64,000 bases of DNA from Bilabrum cf. latius. Lineage: Eukaryota. This document shows, in pieces, positions 51,036 to 62,400 of this stretch. The stretch's first letter is position 1. Each line of letters begins with the position of its first letter. The notes beneath the pieces are model-generated. The model was given only the letters and a program-made list of their open reading frames with translations, was not told the DNA's origin and made no database searches. The translations under genes were made by a program, and so were the position numbers. The stretch is taken from contig OZ237774.1 of NCBI GenBank assembly GCA_965178125.1, positions 124,001-188,000 on the forward strand. The letters run 5' to 3'.

Positions 51036-53789
51036 TCACTGCACCGATCCAGGCGGGGCCCCCAGGGTCACCACCAGCCGGCTCTGAGGGAGTCGGGCGA
51101 ATTCGGCGGCCCAGGCAGCGTGCCAGCGGGTCGGACCCACTGCAATGCCCTGCACCTAGCCACCGGCAGGCACACGCACCCGCTGGAAGCCCAGCAGGGT
51201 GGCGTTGGGCAAGGGGACGTCTTTGCCCACCCCATGGCTCCCGCACGATCCCGCATCCGGCACGGCATACAGCGCCACCACCGCATCAGCTGACAGGCCC
51301 CCGGGCCCATTCGTCACACCAACCGTCTGCCACAGGCCGGCCTCCGCCCGCCCCTGCACTTTGCCTACGGGCCAGCCCTGGTACGAGTCCCGGATCGGCC
51401 ACACGGTGGTCGCGTCGCCGGTGGCCAAACCGGCGCCCTCCCACAGCGTGGACGCGTCAAGAAGGGCCGGTGCGATGCTCGCGTTGCTCACGCACCCGAA
51501 GTCCAATCCACCGGTGGAAAGCCGGCGCACCCGCCCTACCTACGGGTTCACTTCACCCGCGAGAGCACGCCGTCTATCCACGCCATAGGAACTAGGGACT
51601 AGGGTGAGGTTGCCGTACGTGCGGCCCGCGCCGAAGCTCGCCTCCATTGCGATTCCGGATACCTGGGCCGGGTCGTAGAAACGGTACGTCCGCCCTGGGG
51701 TAGCGTCGTACGCCATGTGAGTCAGGTTTGCGTGTGCGACGGTCAGGAATTGGTCGGGATACAGACCGAAAGGCATGCGACCGAACAGCCCGCGCACGGG
51801 CTTGAGGTCACCGGGGCTCGATCCCAGGGTGTCCACGTTGAAAATCGCCTCTGCAATCGCGGTTCCGCCCGTGCCGCCGGGATACACCGCGTACAGCAGC
51901 GCGTGCTGAAGCTCACCGCCCTGGCCCGCGGGTGGGACGGGGGTGAGGTGGGCACTCCCCAAGGAGAGTGCCTCACCGGTGATGACGACCGCGATTATGG
52001 GCTTGAGGAGCGATTTGGCCACTTCCACGACGCTGCCCTGCTGCCCGGGGAGGGTGATGCTCACCTTGTCCATGGTCTCGTGCGACTGCTTGACCGTTGA
52101 ACCCAGGGCCAGCACCACCACGTCCACGGCCTGCTCCTGGGCAGCCCTCTCCATCTGGTGCAATATGTCCGTTGAGAGGTTCTGGCAGGGGATGCCGTCG
52201 AGGCACGGGTTGAACTGCAGGATCGCGGGCGCGGAGCTGTTCCCCAGTTTGGCCACCCTGGCGATGCTGGCGTTGAGAGACGGCACGCATCCGAACGTGT
52301 CGTTGAAGCAGGCCTCGCCTCCATAGTTCCCCACCATGCCCTGCTGCAGGCCCGCCCACGGGCCCACGATCATGATCTTCTGGCCTTTGCGAGGGTCCAG
52401 CGGCAGCAGTTCCCTTGTTCCCTGGGAGTCCATGCCGCGGTCCAGCATCACGATGCCCTGCCTCGCTGCCCTCAGGTTCTCCTAAGCGGACTCTGACGTC
52501 CCCAGCGCCTCGGGGGGAATGTTGGCGTGCGGCTGCTCCTGCCAGCCGTCACCGTCCAAGCCCCCCGCCATCATGAGGCTCTGCATGACCCTAGACGCGG
52601 ACTACAGGATCTGCGCGTCCGTGATGTTCCCAGCGGCATACGCGTCCCCGAGTGGGGTCCCCTTCCCGCCGTACTCGGTTCCGCAGTTGAGATCCACGGA
52701 TCCGGCCAGCAGCGCCACTTTGGCCGCCTCGGGTGCCGAGTTGACCAGGTGCTTGGAGGACCAGATGGCGGCCAAACACGCGCAGTCCGATTCAATGTAG
52801 CCCCCCGCAGCCCCCGTGCCGTCCCGGAGCGGATCCGAAGATCCGTTCCCGAACCCCCAAGATCGGAGCACATCCTGGTTAAAGTGGCTAGATCCGCACC
52901 ATGCCACCACATCAGGCCCCTCCTTGGGTGCCCTGCTCCCCAGCACCATCGTCCTGTTGTAGGCGGGGTATGCCGCCATCACCCCGAGAGGGCGCGCAGC
53001 CCGCACCGTGTACTCGAACTGGGGAAGGAACAGCTGGTCCATGTCCCGAGGCCTCACCTGATCGATGAAGGAGAACCGGTTGGTCTCGATGTTGTACACG
53101 AAGGTGTGCTTTAGCTCGCTCCAGACCCTCACGTACTTGCTCGCCTCGAGCATTCCGTCGGGCCCGATCGTCTCGGAGCCTGGATCGTCCACTCCCTGCA
53201 TTCCCCTGACGAGTGCGGCGCCGTACAGGCCTGCCAGCACCGGGTCGGAAGAAGGGCTGTTGTGGTTCCTGCCCCAGCGCGGGTCGCGGTTGTTTATGTT
53301 GAGGATGGGAGCGCGCGAGAGCAGTCCCATCGGCTCGCCGTTCTGCCGCACTCCGCCGCGATTCACGACGGAGCGCTGCTCCGTGGAGACAACCACGCCC
53401 ATCGTTTCCCACAACGTAGCGTTGAATGCGGCCGCCATGGCGGGTGGGGAGGGGAATGTGGTGGGGCAGCGAACTTCGCCGCTGTCGAGCTTGTGGCACA
53501 CGCCGCCGAGGCCGTGCGCCGATTCCGGCCCGTCATAGCACTGTCCTCCCAGCGAGGCTGCATCAAATGATGGCTGCGTTTTATCGTTCATTCTCTCCAT
53601 CCATGTTTCGATTGGAACGGCCTTCATGAGAGCGTTGAGGCGATCCACGACCGGAAGGCTGCTGTCGCACCACGCAAACCGCTTCGAATCGCCGGGCTTA
53701 GTGCATCCATAGCTAAACGGGGGCGATGCAGCTACAGAAAAAGAGCATTGGATTGCAAGCGTTATGCAGATCCATGCGGTGGACTGCAT
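51036..53789 (-). CDS. Secreted glycoside hydrolase family 3 (beta-xylosidase/beta-glucosidase-like), ~917 aa
   Basis: Signal peptide MQSTAWICITLAIQCSFSVAA; ESAHG, PTTFP, RDPRWGR, KH, GYIESDC (nucleophile), AARQGIVML, YPG..GG.AIAE, GRTYRFY and LLGFQRV. TAGs at 52602, 52482, 51540 and 51156. TGA at 51036. Confidence 0.9.
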
Positions 53790-53950
53790 GGTGGAGTGCA
53801 AGGATTCGATTATTTTGGGATCCACTGGCGCCGCGCACATCGCGACAACTAGAATGTTCCGCATACCTCAACAAGTCTAGGCACCCGTGTGCATAACCAT
53901 CCCAGTGCTGCCAGCTTGCACCACGATAAGACGCGTACCATGCACGATAC
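53732..53950. repeat. ~220-bp segment duplicated at 42539-42756
   Basis: Direct alignment in the same orientation, about 14 differences. Confidence 0.9.
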
Positions 53951-54092
53951 ACTCCAGCGCACCCCCACCCGCTCGCCGAACCCGACCCTCGCCGGCATGA
54001 TCCATGATGCTGCCCGTCACAAGTGGGTGTTGTCCCGCTTCGAGCTTGCTCCTACTAACCCCAACCAACCGTTGGCTGACAATTCATTCGCA

Positions 54093-55280
54093 TCAGGTTG
54101 GTATAGCTATGCTTGGCGGCAGTGGGGGGGCGCTTGCACCGGTCTCATGTAGCAGTGCCCCATCGGTGCGACTCCAAGTTTGCACAACTTGGCTCAACAT
54201 GTATGGTTGACCACCTTCCCGTTCCCCCGGCCGAGGCACTTCAACCATATATCCGTGTAGGTGCGGAGTCTACTACTATGCACGTTGCTGGCCGGGTCGA
54301 CGTGGGGCCGCGCAACAAGGGACGGTACACTTGAATCTTGGAGTGATTAGCGGCAGGTACCCAGCTTGAAGTAGAATGCTGCTACAGACAAGATGCAGGG
54401 TCCAAGCTATGCTCGCTGAGTACGTCTGGGGACTGTTCATTGCAAGCTCGATCTCCCATTCTGACCAACTGTTCAGCCTTAGCCGTTCTACAATAGCGAC
54501 AGTCCATTGGCTTGCCACTGCAAGGAAGCCCACACTCGCGTATATCAGGCACATCAGGATCGCACCATCTGGAGGAGTACTGGAGATCCCCACCCAGGTC
54601 ACCTCCATAGATCGCCACAGTGATAGTAAGGGGAAGAACAGCGCAACTAGGCTATCCCCTATCCCTATGGAGCAAGCCACCAGTCCGGACAGCCCCAGTC
54701 CCAGCAGAGCATCGGGCATCAAGCCTCGCAGCTCATGCCACACGTTTCCCTTTGCTTCGCCTGATACGCAGTAGTTCATCCCAATGCTTTGAAACTTTGT
54801 GTCGTAGATAAATGGATCGTGGCCGTCAAGTCCAGTCGGAAGCCTGCCGGCTGCAGCGATCGACGAGCGTCCTTCTCCTTGGTCATCCGGGACATCCACG
54901 GGGTACTCCCACAGTGGGAACTCAGCGATTCTTGGATCAACTTGCAGTTGGTTTTGAGTGACTCTAGCCGTCCAGTTGCCTAGTGTTGTGGTTTGGGATC
55001 GAATCAAGTCAGATGCCGATTGATCTGTCGCGCCGTCTCCAAGAATCCGCTTGGCATAAAATATCCCGGCGTCGTCTCTACTGACAAGGTATGCAGGGAA
55101 CATTAGATGCTCAGTTTCCCGTGTAATTACGTGCCGCCTTCCCACAACGCACGACAAATCGAGCTGCCTTCCGATAAGGCTGCCAACCTAGGACTACACT
55201 AGCATGATAATACTGCAGACCGTCGCGGTACATAGACTGGCAACCATGTTAAGGAAGAGAAAATGCCGTAACTTGGCCAT
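54093..55280 (-). CDS. Membrane protein of unknown function (N-terminal hydrophobic segment, large loop, about three further TM segments), ~395 aa
   Basis: ORF 54276-55157 extends through TAGs 55194 and 55188 to ATG 55280, and through a TAG-TAG-TAG run (54278-54270) to TGA 54093. Confidence 0.65.
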
Positions 55281-56084
55281 TTTAGTTTCCGTCCTCCGCC
55301 AAATCAAAGCAGAATCAGTGTTTGTAGTTTCTACTCTGTTGGTGCCGACGACGCGGGGTGGAAACATGCTAGTTCCGGCTTAACGAACAAAAAGAGCAAT
55401 GTTGGATGAGGCGTGCAGTTGGTCCCGACCCCATCGTTACAGTAGCATAAACAAGAGAGGAAGTTATAATTCACCAACACACTCTGGAGCTCGGCGTATC
55501 TTCCGACCAATTGCAAGCTTTAGTCCCCCGCTGTACTTCGTACCCCAACCTCACCTCGCCTTGCGCAATGGTAGCGGGCGCCACATCGACACATGGTCAA
55601 AATGCACCTCATTGCCACCGGGGCGGACGACCACTACCCTAATTAGGGTAACCTCTTCCTATTCTGTTGCTTCCCTCGTCACTGGGCCGTACCGCTGTGC
55701 CATAGACCACGCTGTACATGGATCGAGGAGAGCTGCAGCAGGCTCCACTGGCAGTATGAATGTACTGCTACGTCACACAGGTCCTTAATGCGCCTCTTTG
55801 CTGAGCCGACATGTCGTTCCAGGTGCATGACTGAATTGACTCAGAGTACATAGAGGCTTTTCGCAGTTCCATCGTCCATTTTACAAGTTTTCGCTTGCTG
55901 TGTAAACGGAAGCCTAGGTAGCCATATGGGTGGACTAGCTTGATTGCTTTAGGTGGGCCCCGGCACGTTGTGTCCGGAGCTGTCTGATGTATAATTTCCC
56001 GCAACAGCGCAGTATCGAAAGCGGTATCTGTTAGATCTTAACTCTTCGCGTGGCCAGCCCATGTCATGACGGCTGTCTGAATTC

Positions 56085-56399
56085 GTGTATCCGTGTTTCA
56101 CTTCCCGGACTCCAAGTTCGTGGCCAGACCCATGGTGTCTGATGGAAGGGAAAAAAAGAGCAACGACAGCCGCTGTCAAGTGTGGCGAGTGTGGCATAAT
56201 CGAAGATGAAGACAATACACCCCGGCAGCGCGTGCCATCACCAAAACTCCGCGTGCTCACTTCGCACTTCAAGCGACACCACACAGTCCATTACCCGGCA
56301 TTTGTCCGTCGGGAATTGGTTACAATATATGTAAGCAATACATTTTTATCTGTTAATTATGTGTGCGTGGCTATATCTAGCTCTGTGTCTGCCGTTTAA
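56085..56399 (+). other. Isolated BED-type zinc-finger-like coding stretch (possible hAT transposase relic or small exon)
   Basis: W..VKCGEC....LTSHFKRHH pattern. No transposase core or TIRs seen. Confidence 0.35.
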
Positions 56400-56481
56400 A
56401 GAAATGATCAAGCGGCACGCGCCACTCTGCCACGACTCGACTCGCGAGAATCAAACTCCTTTGCCGCAGCAATACAACGCC

Positions 56482-59400
56482 ATGAAGGCTGCACTATGCT
56501 CACTAGTAGTTGTATTTAGTTTGGCGGCCGCGTCGGACCCCCTGAAGGACGGTATTGGTGATGACGTGGAACTGCTTATCCACCTGGACTTTTCAACCAA
56601 TTCCAGAGCGCGAGTAAACTCGCAAAAGAACTCTAATAAGGCAAAACTGCAATCTGGATCTTGGCAAGGCTTGCGTGCGGCGTACAGCGCGTGGTCTAAC
56701 ACGCAGATGTCGCCGTGGGTGTACACGAGTCGAGTGGGGTGTTTCTCAGCCGCCACCATGGGCAGCTTTACGATCATGGAGTACGTCCCTGCGACAACCG
56801 AGGCCGACGATATGAAGAAGATCGACATCAGTAGCAACCACAACAGGTACATTTTTGCGGTAGGAAAGCCTTACACGTACCCAATGCCATTGTATCCTTG
56901 GGAGGTCATGAGCATGGGTGAGAGACGTATAGCGCCTGTTGCACTCTTTTAATGTCACCATGAGCCGCCAATGCCTGTAGCGTTGTATTATTGTTTGGTC
57001 AAATAGATCGACATGGCATGGGCGTTCCATGACGCATCCCCTCGGATTTATTCTGTGTCGCAGGCCGCATCGTCAGGGGCTATGGTCAGCGCGTTCGCAA
57101 CGGCTGGAACTTCGGCTGGGACGGCACCGTAACTTAGTACTACTACGCCAACCCGGCCTCTGCCAGAAACCGCCCTGTGCTAGGATTCATGGGCCGGTCC
57201 GGAACCGCTGGCTCAGCCAACTCGCAGGCACAGGCGTCGCTCAAAAAGGAGGAGCTGCCGTACAACTTCGCTTTCTTCTCGTACAGCGGCTGGCGTGACG
57301 AGAACCCGATGGTAATGGCGGGCTGGACCAAGAAGGTAGGAGCTGAGCACCAGTTCCACGTGGGTCTGAACGACGACATCACCGAGAGCCCTGCCTCGGG
57401 CACTAGGAACCAGGAGAGGTTCCAAGGCGTGTCGGCTTCTTACTCGAGTCTGCGGGACTTTAGCGGAGCCGTCTACTCAACTGGTGAGCAATACTAGAGC
57501 CATCGTTGCGAAATTAGAAATCTGCACAGCCCATGCGCGCTGTCCTTGTCTACTTGACTCCTAACTCTCGCAGCCAACCGCCTCCGCATCGGCAGGGACT
57601 ATGGGGAGGTGCAGGGGCGCACAATTAACGGGATGCCATACGTAGTGAGCTTGCCACGGACATGGCTGGTTTGCTTCATAATTTGATAAATGGATTGCAT
57701 GCAAGAAGCCATGGCGATTGAACTGGTGTTACTTTCTACAATTAAATGAATGAATCCACCCTTCGCAGAACGAAATCAGGCCGAGGAGCGGCATCCAGTA
57801 CATGCTCGAGTACCTCGTGTACACGTCCCCCGCCGACAAGCCCATGAACACCACCACCATGAAGCGGATCAGTACGCATCTTCAGAACAAGTACAAGCCC
57901 TCAGTGCTCCCAGCCGTGAGCCAGCTGGTCCCCACCAGCTGGCTGCCCGACTACCAGAACGAGCTAAGCCGATCCGGATGCGGCACCTACAACTCCACAT
58001 CACGGACCTTCTCGCTGCCACTAACCCGAAACTCTGCCTGCTAGATGTTCTGCAACGGAGGAAGGACATTCTCTCAGGGGTACTACATGTCCTGGTCCAG
58101 GACGAGCTGGTACACGTTCGGCTCTGCAAGCTCCGGCACCTGGAACAGCGGGATGGGACGGTGCGGACGGAACTGCCCCAACCTGGGCATGCCCGAGAAC
58201 ACTGAATCCTGCAGGCGCGTGCACAACTACATGGGCTTCGGGGACGACCTGGACGAACTCGAGAGCAAAGAAGGACCGGAGTGGTACCCCATGCTTGTGC
58301 CGCTGCCCACTTTTTCTTCTTCCATCAACGCGGCAGGCGACGCCTGGAAGGTCGAGAACAAGCGGCTGGTGCACAAGGATGCTAGCGAGGATAACGGCTG
58401 CCCCAGTGGATCGTCATCTACAAACGCCAAGCCCGTTGCTGACTTTGACTACCTTGGAGCCATGGGCAGCGCGCAGACGTACCGGCACACGTTCGGGCGC
58501 ACGCTCAACGTTGAGGCCAAGTTCATTGTACCGGAGGGGACGAGGGCGCAGCTGCTGCTCCGCAAGACCACTTCCATCTCGAGCGGGTACGCTGTCAGCC
58601 TCAAGGGCGGCGAGGACAGGCACCACATGACCTACTGGAGCTATGGGTACGACGCGACGGAGCGAAGGTGGATGTTCACGGAGACGGAAGTCCGCTTTAC
58701 AAAGGACTGCAGCATTCCCACAGACGACACGGAGGAGCCCCAGCTCATCCGAGCCGTGCAGGACTCCACCAACATCAAGGTGTACTGCGGCGACGAGCTC
58801 GTGTCCACGTTCAGCGATCCATCCCGGAGCGTCCCACTCAACTTCGGCATGCAGGGCATTGCGGCGCAGGGTGACGGCGTGGAGATCGACGATTTCAAGG
58901 TGTGGACTGACTGCAAGGACAGCACGCAGTGCGATGGAATCGTGACTGGAGAGTCCTGCGAGTTCTCGTGCAGGGAGGGATACGTGGCCGCTGCCAACTC
59001 TGACCCGCTGAGGTCCTGCGACTCGAACGGCGACTTTGCCGGCGAGGACTTGAAGTGCCAGCCGGCGCCCCCAACTATTCCTGAGCTCGATGATGCGCTG
59101 GAGGTGGAGGAGCGCGTGATGCCCGGCACGCTGGTAGGCAGCCCGATCCAGGGCACCACGCTGAGCGACGACCAGGCCATCCTATGGTCCATCAAGCCGG
59201 AAGGGAACAACGACGGGCAGACAAAGGACGCAAGCGATAACTTCTTGCCTGTGTTCACGATCGGGCTGTGCGACGGCTAGATCAAGGTGGCCAATGCTAT
59301 CCTGGACTACGCCGTCAAGACCCAGTACGTGATAACCGTGGTAGGCAAGACGGACGGCAAGGATATCGCTGCCAGCGAGGTTGAAGTGACCATCAACGTG

Positions 59401-62400
59401 CTGGACCGCAACGATCCTCCAGTCATGGACCAGATGGATCCCGTGATGGTCACCGTGAACGAGAACTCTGCAGTGGGCACCAACGTGGTGCCAGGGCCGT
59501 TTACTGCAACCGACCCAGACGGCGAGACAGAATTCAAGTGGGAGATCCTGGCCGGCAACGATGATGGCTTCTTCACGATCGGCGAATCATCAGGCCAGCT
59601 GTCGGTGGCCAAAGAGGGTCTCAACTACGAGGAGAAGAAAGAGCACCTGCTGTTCGTGACCGTGGCGGATGCAGAGGGCCTCAACGACGGGCGCGCCATC
59701 AACGTGACTCTCAACGACGTCAACGATCCTCCGGAGGTACCGCCTACTGTCCACGTGGTGGGAGAGCTCAACGCGACCGCGGGTTTCCCCATTGCGGTGC
59801 TGCAGTAGGATGATGAGGACAACGATGACATCGATTACAGCATCGTGTCTGTCACTCGGCTGCCTGACTTCGTGGACGGAAACTTCCTGACCGACACGTC
59901 CGAGTCTCGCACAGCACTGCCGGCGAACGAGATCATTTTTGATCTTCGGGACACGCCAGCCACCAACGACCCCACCGGCACCAAGCAGCTCGAGTTCAAC
60001 GTGGACCTGACCTACCACACGGCCCCCCAGGAAGACGACGACATGTACCCCATCGAGTACGAGGGCAGGCTAGTGAGGGGCGTGTACGAGGTCGAGCTGG
60101 CGGCGGATGACGGGCGCGTGTCGACTCCCACCGTCGGCAAGCAGATGGTCATCATCGCATCTGACCTCACCGCTCGTGACCTCGCCTCTGAGCCCCTGCT
60201 GACTGCCGTGCAGGTGTGCGACGGGCAGTGCAACGACCAGGTGCGGGAGGAGGAGGAGTACGTCTACCGGGCCATGCTGACTAGGGGAACTGCCGGGGGG
60301 CGCACCCAGGGCGTGAGGCTGCTGGGGCTCAACCTGGTGGATACCACAAACCTCAAGGTCTGGTACGAATCGGTGACCATGATGCCCAAGCTGTCGTACA
60401 ACGCCACCAACTGCGTGGTAAAGAAGAGCGGTGACATGGATGACGAGGGCAACGATCTCGACTACATGACGTGCGAGGTGCCTCCAGGCGTGGGACGCGG
60501 CCTGCGATGGCACGTGGTCATGCGAGGGGAACAGGTGCGTACCCTGGAGCCGCTGTTCGCCGACTATGGAGCGCCTGCCGTGACCTCTATCGCCGGCCCG
60601 AACGATCTCGTCAACACACGGCCCATAAGCACGGCAGGCGGTGAGACGATCATCCTGACTGGCGCCAACTTGGGCTTCGAAGGGATGGACCTGAACCTGG
60701 TGCAGGTCAGGTACGGCTTCTAGTCCGACCTCATGGGTCCCGTGGATGCTAGCAACTTTGACAGTTTGCCATTCTAGGCGTCTGTGCAGGCGGATGGAGT
60801 GGAGTACGATGAGCTCAGAGTCAAGACCGACGAGGGGTACGGGCAGGGACTGAGCCTGTACGTGCGCGTGGGAGGGAGTGTGTCAGAGGTGGCTGCTGCG
60901 GACCAGATCGAGTACGCCGCTCCTGAGGTGACGAGTGTGAGCGTGCCAGCCGGAGCCATGCATGGCTTGGACTCGATGGACGCTGCGGGCGGCGAGACCA
61001 TCGTGGTGGAGGGTCGCAACTTCGGGCCCATGACCGACATCAGCTCCAGAGCGCTTGTGCCCCGCGTGTCGTATGGCACCAGGCCCAGCACCATCCCCGG
61101 GCTGGTGACTGGCATTGGTGATCACGAGTACGTGAGCGACGTGACGTGCACCAAGGACGTCGGGTCGGAGCACACGAGGCTGACGTGCACCACGGGGGCT
61201 GGTGTGGGCCGGAACCACCGCCTCAAGGTGGTGATGCCCGGGCAGGTGTCCACCACATTCGACCTGGAGAGCAGCCCCTCCTCGGAGCAGCTGAGCTACC
61301 TGCCACCGGTGATCACCCGCGTGTTCGGGCCAGGTGCCAAGGAGGCCTCCACCTCTGGGGGAGATCTCGTGGAGATCGACGGCGAGCACTTCGGACCTGT
61401 GGCCATGAACGCCATCGAGGTGGTGCAGTTCGGGCTGGAGAGCGATTTCCCGGCGGGCAGCGGCCTGTACGAGATGGACCAGGACGAGGCCACGGGAGCA
61501 TGCGAGGTGGTGCGTGACCCGGCCAGGCACGGCGTCAGTCGCGTCAACTGCCGACTCATCCCGGGCCGCGGTTCGGGCTACTCGTGGGCCCTGCGCGTGG
61601 GCGGGCAGATGACCGAGGCTATTTTCGAGGCCAACTCGAGCTACTCTGCCCCGACAATCGCGGGCTTTGACGATGTCTCAGATGCCGAGAACATCGATGC
61701 GGTGAAGCAGGGTCGCACGCAAGGCGGGGACCTCATCGAGATCTACGGCGACAACTTCGGCCCCGTGATGGACGACCACGTGGCCATCTCGTACAGACTG
61801 GTCATGGCCCGTTTCGACGAGAGCGGCAATGCCCTGGACCCCGAGATCAAGACGTTTGCCGTGGATGGCAGCAGCTGCAGCATGGTGGTGGACCACAAGC
61901 GGATCCGGTGCGAGCTGGCCGTGGGTGGCGGTGCCGACCTCAAGTGGACCATGGTGGTGGCTGGGCTGACTTCCAGAGACCCAGTGACTGCGTATGCCCT
62001 GCCTGTGATCGACTCGATCGAGCGCTTCAACGGGGCCGGGCTGTTCCCTGCCACGGTGAGTGGCGAGCCCATCTCGGTGGACCCCATGCCCGCCATGCCT
62101 CAGGACCGGCAGCTGAGCCCCGAGGGTGGAGACTACGTGGAGCTCGTGGGCCGCAACTTCGGGCCGTCGGGAGACGAGCAGCTGCTGCAGGAGGTGCGCT
62201 TCGGCAACGGGGCCCACCAGTACGTGCTACCCGAGTCCGAGTACCGCATCATGACGGACCACCAGAGGATCAGGGTGCGGGTGCCCCCAGGTGTGGGTGC
62301 TGATATGCGGTTCGTGGTTGTTGTGGCCGACCAGGAGTCGTCCGAGTCCCAGTCCACCGTGTCGTATGCCGCGCCCGAAGTCATGTCAATCTCGCCTGCC

